The notes: generated from the sequence alone by a model not told the origin. A DNA stretch of 64,000 nucleotides from Mobula hypostoma (GCF_963921235.1 NC_086097.1:246142001-246206000), one strand, 5' to 3'; positions 1 to 11,429 are shown, counted from the stretch's first letter. Program-made: numbers and translations.

Positions 1-750
1 TGAAAGATTGCAGCATGCTGTTGTGCAGAGGGACCTGGGAGTGCTTGTTCATGAATCACAAAAGTTGGCTTGCAGGTACAACAGGTTATTAAGAAGGCAA
101 ACGGAATGTTGGCCTTCATTGCTAGAGGGATTGAATTCAAGAGTAGGGAGCTCATGCAGCAACTATACAGGGTACTGGTGAGGCCACACCTGGAGTACTG
201 TGTGCAGTTCTGGTCTCCATACTTGAGGAAGGATATACTGGCTTTGGAGACAGTGCAGGGGAGGTTCACCAGGTTGATTCCAGGGATGAAAGGGTTAACT
301 TATGAGGAGAGATTGAGTCGCCGGGGACTATACTCTCTGGAATCCAGAAGAATGAGAGGGGATCTTATAGAAACATACAAAATTCTGAAAGGGATAGATA
401 AGATGGAAGCAGGAAAGTTGCTTCCATTGGTAGGTGAGACTAGAACTAGGGGACATTGCCTCAAGATTCAGGGGAGAAGATTAGGACAGAGATGAGGAGA
501 AACTGTTTTTCCCAGCTAATGGTGAATCTGTGGAATTCTCTGCCCAGGGAAGCAGTTGAGGCTTCTTCACTAAATATATTTAAGATACAGTTAGATAGGT
601 TTTTACATAGTAAGGGAATTAAGGGTTATGGGGAAAAGGCAGGTGGATGGAGCTGAGTTTATGGACAGATCAGCTATGATCTTATTGAATGGCGGGGCAG
701 GCTCGATGGGCCGGATCGCCCACTGCTGCTCCTATTTCTTGTGTTCTTAT
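1..750 (+). mobile_element. CR1-clade LINE, 3' part of ORF2 plus 3' tail (runs off window start)
   Basis: ORF 70-495 has LYRVLVRPHLEYCVQFWSPY...RGDLIETYKI; frameshifted continuation NLWNSLP; 3' stem-loop and TCTTAT-type tail ending near 750. Confidence 0.93.
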
Positions 751-1064
751 GAACTGCTGCTCATTGGATTTTTTTTTTTGTTTTTTGCACCATTCTCTGT
801 AAATTCTAGAGACTCTTGTGTGTGAAAACTCCAGGATATCGGCAATTTCTGAGATACTCAAACCACCCCATCTGGCACCAACAATCATTCCATGGTTAAA
901 GTCACTTCGGTCACATTTCTTTTCTCCCCCATTCTGATGTTTGGTCTGAGCAACCTCTTGACCCTGTCTGCATGTTTTTATGCATTGAGTTGCTGACCAA
1001 CGACTGGCTGATGAGATATTTGTATTAATGAGCAGGTGTGCCTAATTAACTGACCTCCCAGTGT
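751..1064 (-). mobile_element. Tc1/mariner non-autonomous remnant (transposase N-terminal HTH), cut by the upstream CR1
   Basis: Minus ORF MIVGARWGGLSISEIADILEFSHTRVSRIYREW; same sequence family as 58706-59218. Confidence 0.85.
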
Positions 1065-1423
1065 TTTGGACAATGATAAAATCAGTGAATACTCACATAT
1101 TCAGTCAAGCCTAATTAACTCCTTGTGCAGTAGAGCTTAATAGTTTGCAAATGTAATTCACTGAAACTATGTAGATTAAAGATTAGCTTTATTTGTCACA
1201 TGTGCATCGAATCATGCAGTGAAAGGCATCTTTTACATTGAGGATGTACTGAGGGCAACCCACAACCGTCACCAGATTCAGATTTTCCTTTCAAATTCCA
1301 ATTTATTTATTTATCCCATGTACATGAAAACATGTAGTGGAATGTATCATTTGTGTTACAAACACACACCCAAAGTTGTGCTGGGGCAGGCTGCAAGCGT
1401 CACCACACATTCCATTGCATGCC

Positions 1424-1842
1424 ATAAAACCATAAACTATAGGAGCAGAATTAGGCCATTTGGCCCATTGAGTCTGCTCCACCATTTCATCATGGCTGAT
1501 CCATTTTCCCTCTCAGCCCCAATCTCCTGCCTTCTCCCTGTATCCCTTCATGCCCTGACCAATCGAGGATCTATCAACCTTTGCCCTAAGTATACCTAAT
1601 AACTTGGCCTCCACAGCTGTCTGTGTCAATGAGTTCCACAGATTCACCACTGTCTGGCTAAAGAAATTCCTCCTCATCTCCATTCTAAATGAACATCCCT
1701 TTATCCTGGGGTTGTATCCTTTGGTCCTAGACTCCCTCATCATAGGAAACATCCTCTCCACATCCACTCAGTTGAGGCCTTTCAACATTTGATAGGTTTC
1801 AATGAGGTCACCCCTCATTCTTCTAAGTTCCAGTGAGTACAA
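1424..1842 (-). mobile_element. CR1 3' fragment
   Basis: ORF 1513-1767 DVERMFPM...RRNFFSQTVVNLWNSL; tail at 1424-1470. Confidence 0.88.
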
Positions 1843-1871
1843 TTTACTTATCTAATTTAAATTGCCTACGA

Positions 1872-2062
1872 TTTACTAACCCTAACTAATATATCTTTGG
1901 AACGTAAAAGGTGAAAGGCGAAGTAAACCAGGGCACGCGGAGTAAACCCACAGGGTGATGTGGTGAGTGTACGAACCACAGACAGTGCTGGCAATCAAAC
2001 CCTGATTGGTCATCGCTGGCGCTGTAAATTGCTTATGCTAACCCCTGTAGTACCATGCCACC
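1872..2062 (-). mobile_element. Degenerate tRNA-headed V-SINE 5' part (tail pieces probably at about 1175-1420)
   Basis: Reverse strand reads GGTGGCATGGTA...GGGTTAGC...GGGTTTGATTGCC...GTGGGTTTACTCCGCGTGCCCTGGTTT, similar to copies at 7613 and 17048. Confidence 0.6.
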
Positions 2063-2224
2063 TGCTATGTTTGTTCTTGATAAAAGACAGACTCACCCTG
2101 GGTAAAACTAACAGACATTTATTTACAGAAAGTGGCTCCAGTTCCACACGATCGCGTGTGACCATCATTTGGGTTGTGGGTGAACTGCCCACATTGCACA
2201 CTGGCAACAAAAGCTCCATATCCC

Positions 2225-2610
2225 TACCATCCATTTACCCTTCCAAACTGCTCTTAGATGTTGAAATCGAGCTTGCATGCCCCACTTATACTGGCAGCTC
2301 ATTCCACACTAACACCACCTTGAGTGAAGAAGTTTCCCCTCAGTTCCCCTTAAACTTTTCATCTTTCACCTTTAACCCATGACCTCTGGTTGTAGTCCTA
2401 CCCAACCTCAGTGGAAAAAACCTGCTTGTATTTACCCTATCTATACCCCTCATAATTTTGCATGCCTCTATCAAATCTCCTCCCAAACTTCTACATTCTA
2501 AGGAATAAAATCCAAACCTATTCAATCTTTCCTTATAACTCAAGTTCCCCAGACTCAGCAACATCCATGTAATTTTTTTCTGTACTTTTTCAACCTTATT
2601 TACATCTTTA
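2225..2610 (-). mobile_element. CR1 fragment
   Basis: ORF 2340-2564 LSYKERLNRFGFYSLECRSLGGDLIEACKIMRGIDRV...TRGHGLKV. Confidence 0.88.
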
Positions 2611-3104
2611 TGGAATAATGTGCAAAAATACAGAAATCTAAGATATGAGACTTCCGTTGGTCAGGGTCAACTGGATGTTGTGTTCTAGCTGTCAAGCCAA
2701 GGCAGCACAGTATGGAGAGCAAGCTGTTGCACATGTGGCAAACTCCTGCTCTTCACGCATCTGATGAACCCAAAGGAACGACAGAGACCAATACAGTTTG
2801 GCACCAGCAATGTCATGGGAGTTGCTTGTCAGCATTGAACTCAGTGTAGAACTATCTTAGGGACTCCAGCTCTGGATTTTTCCCTCAGGATTTACTCCTG
2901 AAGCCTTCTCCACGAGTGGGTATAGCCACAAAGCAGTGGAGGTTTGAGATCAGAGTTTCCCTGCTCCTAGATGAGCTGCCAACCACAGCTCAGTAGCCCC
3001 ATCTGTCTGAAGTGACTACTTTTAAGGCACCATCAACCTGCCTTTGTCAGTAGAAATGGTTCTGCCAGGCCAGGAACTGGACTTAAACGCAAACAACAGG
3101 AATT

Positions 3105-3520
3105 GCACTTATCCGTGTAAGCGGAACAAGTGCTACACATGCCCTTACACTTCCTCCCTTACCACCATTCAGGGCCCCAAACAGTCCTTCCAGGTGAGGC
3201 ATCACTTCACCTGTGAGTCGACTGGGGTGATATACTGCGTCCGGTGCTCCCGATGTGGCCTTTTATATATTGGCGAGACCCGACGCAGACTGGGAGACCG
3301 CTTTGCTGAACATCTACGCTCTGTCCGCCAGAGAAAGCAGGATCTCCCAGTGGCCACACATTTTAATTCCACATCCCATTCCCATTCTGACATGTCTATC
3401 CACGGCCTCCTCTACTGTAAAGATGAAGCCACACTCAGGTTGGAGGAACAACACATTATATTCCGTCTGGGTAGCCTCCAACCTGATGGCATGAACATTG
3501 ACTTCTCTAACTTCCGCTAA
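3105..3520 (+). pseudogene. PLE Cys linker plus GIY-YIG endonuclease domain, open to its stop codon but lacking RT and a genuine start
   Basis: CKRNKCYTC...HFTCESTGVIYCVRCSRCGLLYIGETRRRLGDRFAEH...VATHFN...LEEQHIIFRLGSLQPDGMN. Confidence 0.9.
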
Positions 3521-3815
3521 GGCCCCACCTCCCCCTCGTACCCCATCTGTTACTCATTTTTATACACACATTCTTTCTCTCACTCTCCTTTTTCTCCCTC
3601 TGTCCCTCTGAATATACCTCTTGCCCATCCTCTGGGTCACCCCCCCCCCCGTCTTTCTTCCCGGACCTCCTGTCCCATGATCCTCTCGTATCCCCTTCTG
3701 CCTATCACCTGTCCAGCTCTCGGCTCTATCCCTCCCCCTCCTGTCTTCTCCTATCATTTTGCATCTCCCCCTCCCCCTCCAGCTTTCAAATCCCTTACTC
3801 ACTCTTCCTTCAGTT

Positions 3816-3851
3816 AGTCCTGACGAAGGGTCTCGGCCTGAAACGTCGACT
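3816..3851 (+). ncRNA. Minimal type I hammerhead ribozyme motif, intact core
   Basis: AGTC-CTGACGA-AGG gtctcgg CCT-GAAA-CG-TC-GACT; stem I AGUC/GACU; predicted cleavage after C3847. Confidence 0.82.
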
Positions 3852-4435
3852 GCGCCTCTTCCTACAGATGCTGCCTGGCCTGCTGCGTTCACCAGCAACT
3901 TTGATGTGTGTTGCAGGAACTGGACTTGATTGTCAGAGGCTAAATGAGTGACAGATCTGGAAGCATTTAATAGGAAGGGTGAACTTGTCCCCATTACCAC
4001 CCCCAGCTATAGCAACCTTAAGGAACCAAAAAAGTACAAAAATACCAGGTGAATAATCAGGTGGATAAAGCTAGTTTTTTTCTTTAACCTCCTAAGTACT
4101 GTATCAGAATTAGAAAAGCCTTTAAAACTGTAAATAAAACTGCAGATGCTGGAAATCTGGAATAAAAACACCGATTGCTGGAAGTGCTCAGGAGCATTTT
4201 TGGAAAGAGAACAAGACAACTCTGAACACGCTGCTCTTCCTACAGATGTTGTCTGACCTGCTGAAAGTTGACAGAAGTTCCACTTTCCGTCAGTGAAGCC
4301 TCGACCAAGTTAAACACAAGAAACGATCATTCAAAGTTGTCCCATAGGTTGAGGTGACCTGGGGGAGTGCAGATTTTTCTCTCTGTTGAATATTTTGAGT
4401 GGAAGCCCCCAAACTGTATTTTTCCATTGGTTCCT

Positions 4436-5590
4436 GAATCAGAATCAGAATAAAGTCTAATCTCACTAACATATGTCATGAAATTTGTTGTTCTGAAGCA
4501 ACAGTACAGTGCAAATACATTAAAAATTACTGTAAGTTACAATAAGAAATATAGGTTAAAAAATTAAACAGGTGTGCAAAAAGAGAGCGAATAGTGAGGT
4601 AGTCTTCAAGGTCCTGCCCTGGAAAGGACACAGTCTTTTTGCTTATTTATTTATTATTATTATTCTCTTTTGTACTTGCATAGTTTCTTTTGCAAATCAA
4701 TTGAACATATTATTCTGTTTTGAATTTATTGAGTATGCCCACAAGAAAATGAATCTCAAGGTTGTATGTGGTGTCATAAATGTACTTAGATAATAAATTT
4801 ACTTTGAACATAATGATGGTTGCACCTCCTTGGGGTCATTTGATGATGGTGAAGCTTATGCCCATGTCAGAGTCGACTGAGTTTACAAACCTTGGTAGAT
4901 TTTCCCGTTCCTGTACATTGGTGTCTCCAGAATAGACGTGATGCAACCTGTCAGAATGCTCTCTGTGATACATCTATCAAAATTGTTACAACCTTTGATA
5001 ATTTACCAAATCTCCTCAAACTCCTGATGTTCTTCTTCATCAAAACTAAGGAACTGATTATTGACTTCAGGAGAAAGCAATCAGAGGTCGATGAGCCAGT
5101 CCTCATTGGACGATCAGAGGTGGAGCTATGGATTCACTTTCAAGGGCTCTTCACCTCATGTTCTCGATATTTATTGCTTATTCATTTTTAAAATTATTAT
5201 TTCTTTTGATTTGTATTTGCATAATTTGTCTTTTGCGCACTGGTTTAACACCCAACTTGATGCGGTTGCGGGAACATCTCAGTGATGGAGCTAGTGAAGT
5301 TGAGTGAAGCTATCCCCTTTGGTTCAAGAGCCTGATGGTTGAGGGGTGATAACTGTTCCTGAACCTGGTGGTGAGAGTCCTGAGGCTCCTGTACCTTCTT
5401 CAGTGAGAAGAGAGCATGTCCTGTATGGTGGGGGTCCCCGATGATGGATGTTTCTTTCCTGCAACAGAGTTTTGTGGAGGCGTGCTCAGTGGTGGGGAGG
5501 GCTTTACCTGTGATGGACTGGGCCATATCCATGACTTTTTCCTTCCTTCTCACAGCCTTGCATCTATAATTTTGCATTTGTGTATTTTTT
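4436..5590. mobile_element. Cluster of nested Rex1-type LINE fragments and tails on both strands
   Basis: KTKELIIDFR at about 5040; minus-strand DPHHTGHALFS (5245-5577); AATCAG tail repeat at 4436. Confidence 0.7.
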
Positions 5591-5667
5591 ATTTATCCTT
5601 CTACAATGAGCAGCTTTGGCAATGAAAAATAAATTGGAGTTAAAAACAAGAGATTTTGCAGATGCAG

Positions 5668-7392
5668 ATAGGTCTTACAGAGTGAATGGTAGGGCACTGA
5701 TGAGTGTGGTAGAACAATGGGATATAGGAATGCAGGTCCACAATTCATTGGAAGTGACATAACAGTTTTAATTGAATTGAATTGAACTTCATTTCTTAAA
5801 TTTTTCACATACATGAGGAGTTAAAATCTTTACATTACGTCTCCGTCTAAATGTGCAACGTGAAATTTATAGTAATTTTTAATAAATAGTATGTACAACA
5901 GGACAGTCAATATAGCACAGAAATACAATTGTATCAGTGTGAGTTAATCAGTCTGATGGCCTGGTGGAAGAAGCTGTCCCGGAGCCTGTTGGTCCTGGCT
6001 TTTATGCTGCGGTACCATTTCCTGGATGGTAACAGCTGGAACAGTTTGTGGTTGGGGTGACTCGAGTCCCCAATGATCCTCCGGGCCCTTTTTCTGCACC
6101 TGTCTCTGTAAACGTCCTGAATAGCGGGAAGTTCACATCTACAGATGTGCTGGGCTGTCCGCACAACTCTCTGCAGAGTCCTGCGATTGAGGGAAGTACA
6201 GTTCCCATACCAGGCAGTGATGCAGCCAGTCAGGATGCTCTCAATTGTTCCCCTGTAGAAAGTCCTTAGGATCTGGGGACTCATATCAAACTTCTTCAAT
6301 TGTCTGAGGTGAAAGAAGCGTTGTTGTGCCTTTTTCACCACACAGCTGGTGTGTACAGACCACTTGAGATCCTCAGTGATGTGTGTGCCGAGGAACTTAA
6401 AGCTGTTCACCCTCTCAACCCCAGATCCATTGATGTCAATAGGGGTTAGCCCGTCTCCATTCCTCCTTTAGTCCACAACCGGCTCCTTTGTTTTTGCGAC
6501 ATTGAGGGAGAGGTTGTTTTCTTGACACCACTGTGTCAGGGTGACGACTTCTTCTCTGTAGGGTGCCTCATTTTTATTTGAGATAAGGCCAATCAATGTA
6601 ATATCGTCAACAAGTTTAATTAGCAGATTGGAGTTGTGGGTGGCAATACAGTCATGGGTATACAGAGAGTAAAGGAGGGGCTTAGGACACAGCCCTGAGG
6701 GTCACCTATGTTGAGGGTCAGAGGGGCAGAGGTGAGGGAGCCCACTCTTACATGCCTGCCAGTGATCTGACAGGAGGATAGGGAAATAAAGAACTCTTTT
6801 CACACCTTGGTCTTCCTAAATCAAAGTATTGAGTACAGAAATTGTAAAAGACATTGATGAGGCCTAATTTGGAGTATTATGTGCAGTTTTGGTCAACTAC
6901 CTACAGGAAATATTTAACTAAGATTGAAAGAGTATGTTGCCAGGACTGAAGGACCTGAGTTATAAGGAAAGGTTGAATAGATTAAAACTTTATCCTTAGA
7001 ATATAGAAGATTGAGAGGAGGTTTGATAGAAGTATACAAAATTATGAGGGATATAGATAGGGTAAATGCAAGCAGCTTTTTCCACTGAGGTTGGGTGACA
7101 CGACAACTAGAGGTCATGGGTTAGGGGTGAAAGGTGAAATGTTTAAGGGGAGCAGGAGGGGAAAACTTCTTCACCCAGAGAATGGTGAGAGTGTGGAACG
7201 AGCTGTTAGTGCAAGTGGTGCATGTGAGCTCGATTTCAACATTTAAGAGAAGTTTGGATAGGTACATGGAAGGGAGTAGCATGGAGGTCTACGGTCCAGG
7301 TGCAGGTCGAGGGGACTAGACAGTTCAAATGCTTGGCACAGACTAGATGGGCTGAAGGGCAAGTTCCTGTCCTGTAGTTTTCTATGACTATG
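5668..7392 (+). mobile_element. CR1 fragment split by the Rex1 insertion at 5772-6775
   Basis: CR1 ORF2 sequence 5668-5766 resumes at about 6777 (GAGGCCTAATTTGGAGTAT...NFFTQRMVRVWNEL) and runs to a CTATGA tail. Confidence 0.82.
5772..6775 (-). mobile_element. Rex1/Babar-type LINE, 5'-truncated
   Basis: ORF 5934-6410 FKFLGTHITEDLKWS...KAQQRFFHLRQL...FYRGTIESILTGCITAWYG...SFFHQAIRLIN; (TTCAA)n tail. Confidence 0.9.
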
Positions 7393-7612
7393 ACCCTAAA
7401 GTCATAGCACAGGGTACACTATTCTGTTAAAGGTACACTTTAAGAACACCAGAATGCTTGCCCTCTAAAACTTAACCCATGCAAATCAACAAATATTTAC
7501 ATAAATAAAATTATTGATGAAAGAAACTGTGCAATAGTTTTCTGCAGGGAGATATAGGGACAGTTGGAAACCGAATCATTCCTTTCAGAATTATTTACTG
7601 AAATCATAGATG

Positions 7613-7900
7613 TGCGCCACGGTAGCTAGTGGTTAGTGTGATGCTATTACAGCTTGGAGCTTTCCGGAATTCGGAGATCAATTCCAGCACTCTCTGTGAG
7701 GAATTTGTACATTCTCCCTGAGAGTGCATGGGTTTCCTCTGGGTGCTCCAGTTTCCTCCCACAGTCCAAGGACATGTCAGTTGGCAGGTTAATTGGTCAT
7801 TGTAAATTGTCCTGTGATTAGGCTAGGGGCTAAATCGGTGTGTTGCTGGGCAGCGCTGATCACTCAGAAGAGCTTGTTCTGCGTTGTATCTCGAGATAAA
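7613..7900 (+). mobile_element. tRNA-headed V-SINE (HE1-like)
   Basis: A-box-like GGTAGCTAGTGG, degenerate B box, V domain GGGTTTCCTCTGGGTGCTCCAGTTTCCTCCCACAGTCCAA. Confidence 0.8.
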
Positions 7901-9111
7901 TAGAACTTGAAAAAAATTACTTTTGACTTATTATTGCTACGATTTGTCCTCTTTCACTCATTGGAATTTTGTCAATCTTTGTTACGTATAGTAATTCATA
8001 AATTCTGTTGTATGTCTTTATTTGCCTGTAAATGTCTGCAAGAAAATGAATCTCAAGGTACACAGTGACATATATGTACTTCGATAATAAAGTTATTTTG
8101 AACTTTTTGACTGTATTCCTGGCATTCTATCTACAAATTTTTTAAATTTTTAGCTGTTCTCAGAATCAGATTTAATATACATTGTGAAATTTCTCGTTAT
8201 GAGGCAGCAGTACATTGCAAAACAGAATAATAAAAACTGTGAAATACAGTATGTATATATAAATATGCACTGAAAAGTTAGCAGGGCAAAAAAAGTAATG
8301 AGGCAGTGTTCATGGGTCTGATGTGCATTCAGAAATCTGAAGTTATTTCTGAATTGTTGGGTGTGTGCCTCCTTCCTGATGGTAGCAATGAGAAGAGGGC
8401 ATGTCCTGGGTGGTGGAAGTCCTTAATGAGAACAGAACATTCCAGGCTCATTGTCTCTAAGGTTCACAATACTGTTTTCAGTCTGGTTTGCCTCACTGTA
8501 TCTGTGATAATAATACTTTTATCACATTGCCCCATGGCACCTTCGGAGCAGCTAAATCACCGCCACTTTGCAGTGAAGTCCTCGCTTAAAACCAAGCACT
8601 TCAGGCCGTTCAGCAACAAGAGAACTATTGTAAAGACCAACCTCTCCCCGCAGAAATTGTGCAGCCTCAAACGTCAATGCCATCCGCACTGACTGAGTAA
8701 CACCTCGGTCGTGGTACTAATGCTGAGCTTTTTGCATATCACCTTATTTGCAGATTCTTCTAACAGTGCGGTCACTGAATTGAAATTCATGTAAACTATC
8801 TTGCTTGTACTGCATTGTGGATTCCTGCCAATGCTTGCAAATAGTTCTAATGCTTTGAAAAACACTGTCCCTGTCCAGATGAATGCCTTGAACTTGAACT
8901 CTTCATAATGGGTTACTCTGGAACATCTCACTCTGGTCTAATTCCCTGGCCTACTTGTTCACTTCTACATCTGTTTCTTAGGCTTGAGGTCGTTCCTGCA
9001 TCATAATCTCACTGGCACTATGATGGAATACGAGTCTCACACACTGGAAAATCTCCAAAGAGCCAGCACTGCAAATACGAGACTTTATTTTTATAAATTT
9101 TATTTTGTTTA

Positions 9112-9645
9112 GAGATGATGGTTGTCCATTGTGCCCAACAGTGAGAGGAAACATAGACAAGAGAGCTTGTAAAGTGGGAAAGCCATTGCACTGGGGGAAC
9201 CCCACTCTTGACTTCAGAAGTCTGGCTCCAGTGGTACAAACAAGCGTCACACGCTGTGGTCTTCCTTGGTTGCAGCGAATGACCATGTCATCTTCTGTGT
9301 CTTAGCATGCCCTTCGCTCTCCACGGAGCGTTGTAGTACTGCCTTCCTGGTCGTTGGATCTCACTGTAGACCTCATCTGCCCAGGTCTGCCAAAGCTGAC
9401 TTTGCATGCTGGGACAGGCATGTCCCTATCTCACCGGGGTATGAGGCTGCTGGCTACTCTCACCTGGTTTAGCCTGCCTGTTGACGCTGTGTCCTGGGGT
9501 GCAGCTGCTGTCGCGTGCAAATAGCAACTTGGAGCCACAGATGAAAGCTCAGTGTCCAGTGGGGACCAAAGGTGAGTGAGCTCCCAGAATGGACACGAAA
9601 GCCCTTTCACCGGAGGTGCTGCCCCTTCCTGGACACCCATACATC
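9112..9645 (-). mobile_element. Probable RTE-related non-autonomous element (second family)
   Basis: GC-richer ORF-less block resembling RTE 5' UTR sequence (GGCTAAACCAGGTGAG.GTAGCC hairpin) with short CAT-type tail; single copy in window. Confidence 0.4.
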
Positions 9646-9720
9646 ACGGTAACAGGCCCCAAGGCCCAATGAGCCCGCCCTGCCCAATTACACCCATGGA
9701 AACAATTAACCTACTAACCC

Positions 9721-9855
9721 CAAACAAGAGAAAATCTGCAGCTGCTGGAAATCAAAGCAATGCACACAAAATGCTGGAGGAACTCAGCAGGCCGGGCAGC
9801 ATCTATGGAAAAGAGTAAACAGTCGGCATTTTGGGCCGAGACCCTTCATCAGGAC
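9721..9855 (-). mobile_element. PLE terminal unit with mutated hammerhead (G12 to A)
   Basis: Minus strand GTCCTGATGAAGGGTCTCGGCCCAAAATGCCGACTG...CCTGCTGAGTTCCTCCAGCA. Confidence 0.85.
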
Positions 9856-10040
9856 AGTGCCTCTGGGCCAAGGTGTAAGACACAGTACGTTTACAGTAGT
9901 CACACACAGCACATACAGTTAGGACCCGGCACATACAGTTGCAAAATAGCTTTAACACAAATGGTATGGCCTGAAGGTTGATAGGTTGACATAAAGTCTA
10001 CAACTGCTAAGGTTTAAATTCCCAATGGAATGTTTACATG

Positions 10041-10192
10041 CAAAATACTCTGCAAATGCTGGGATCAAAGCAACACTCACAACACACTAGAGGAACTCAG
10101 CAGGTCCTGATGAAGGGTTCTGGCCCGAAACGTTGACCGATTTTTTCCACGGATGCTGCCAAACCTGCTGAATTCCTCCAGCGTGTTGTGAG
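10041..10192. mobile_element. PLE-derived inverted mini-element, 10-bp TSD
   Basis: TGTTTACATG at 10031-10040 and 10193-10202; inverted terminus 10041-10104 joined to a sense hammerhead unit. Confidence 0.88.
10103..10138 (+). ncRNA. Minimal hammerhead ribozyme motif, intact core, GUU triplet
   Basis: GGTC-CTGATGA-A-GGGT tctg GCCC-GAAA-CG-TT-GACC. Confidence 0.78.
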
Positions 10193-10600
10193 TGTTTACA
10201 TGGTTGTTACTGTTCTGAGAAGAACAGAAATGAGGAAGCAGTCAGGACTAAGGTAGGAACACAGACAAAATGCTGGAAGAATCCATGGGGAGGAATGAAC
10301 AGTCAACATTTTGGGCTGAGACTCTTCATCAGAGTGAGGCAGGGCTGGATCAGGTGAAGGGCATAAAGGTCTCTTCACTGAAGTATAACAAGGGGTAAAA
10401 TTGATATATTATTGTCACATGTACAGTGAAAATCTCATTTACATGCCATCCATACAGATCATTTCATTACAACAGGGCATTGAGGATAAATAACAGAAAG
10501 CAGAATAAAGTGTTACAATTACAGGAAAAAGTGCAGCACAGGTAGACAATAAGGTGCCAGGTCACAACAAGGTGAAGAGTCCATCTTATCATCCTAGAGT

Positions 10601-11054
10601 CCTGACTTGGAGTACTGTGCTCAGTTCTGGTCACCTCACTACAGGAAGGATGTGGAAACTATAGAAAGGGTGCAGAGGAGATTTACAAGGATGTTGCCTG
10701 GATTGGGGAGCATGCCTTATGAGAATAGGTTGAGTGAACTTGGCCTTTTCTCCTTGGAGTGACAGAGTACGAGAGGTGACCTGATAGAGGTGTATAAGCT
10801 GATGAGAGAGATTGATCGTGTGGATAGCCAGAGGCTTTTCCCCAGGGATGAAATGGCTAACATGAGGGGGCACAGTTTTAAGGTGCTTGGGAGCAGGTAC
10901 AGAGGAGATGTCAGGGGTAAGTTTTTTTTAGGCAGAGGGTGGTGAGTACGTGTAATGGGCTGCTGGTGGCGGTGATAGAGGTGGATACGATAGGATCAAC
11001 ATTGTGGGCCAAAGGGTCTGTAATGTGCTGTAGATTTCTATGTTCTATGTTCTG
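10601..11054 (+). mobile_element. CR1 3' fragment
   Basis: CTTGGAGTACTGTGCTCAGTTCTGGTCACCTCACTACAGG...; (TCTATGT)n tail. Confidence 0.9.
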
Positions 11055-11429
11055 ATCGTGTCCAGGCCAGAAATGTCAATTCTTTATTCCTTTCCATAGA
11101 TGCTGCCTGACCTGCTGAGTTCCCCCTGTAGATTGAGTACGTCACTCTTTACTCTGGATTTCCAGCATCTGCAGAACCTCTTGTGTTTATTGTTCTATGG
11201 AATCATTCAATAGGTTATTACAGCAGATAGAACCTGTCCTCAGGCCTGGTGCTTTCAGGCTTTTGTATCTTCTGTCCAATGGTGGGGGGGGGGGGCACGA
11301 TGCAGTTTCTTTCCTCTCAGTGATACTGCTCCCACCTGCAGAGTTCCTCCAGCAGGTAGTTTGTTTCCTCAGGGTCCAGCTGCTGCAGTCTCTTTTGTCT
11401 CCTCCTTGCAGCTTTCTGGTTGTGATTGC

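Larger units (their letters stand above)
3085..3913 (+). mobile_element. Penelope-like element (Neptune-type), 5'-truncated, 14-bp TSD
   Basis: GIY-YIG coding region, pyrimidine-rich UTR and hammerhead; CAGGAACTGGACTT duplicated at 3071-3084 and 3914-3927; 20-nt inverted terminal piece at 3085-3104. Confidence 0.92.
2651..4020 (-). mobile_element. RTE-related non-autonomous retroposon, split by a PLE insertion at 3085-3913
   Basis: Colinear reverse-complement homology with 61865-62616; carries RTE-type 5' UTR motif GGAG(C)AGG(G)AAACTCTGA; no ORF. Confidence 0.65.

Noticed and set aside
2068..2210. Small TG...CA block as a solo LTR
   Set aside because: No TSD, very short, single copy in window
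8430..9110. Unique block with ORFs and a plus-strand acceptor near 8980
   Set aside because: No recognisable peptide and no matching donor; the ORFs start inside neighbouring repeats
9410..9645. HDV-like ribozyme at the 5' end of RTE-related elements (also 61865-62300)
   Set aside because: Known for some RTE elements, but I could not build the nested double pseudoknot by eye; needs a motif search
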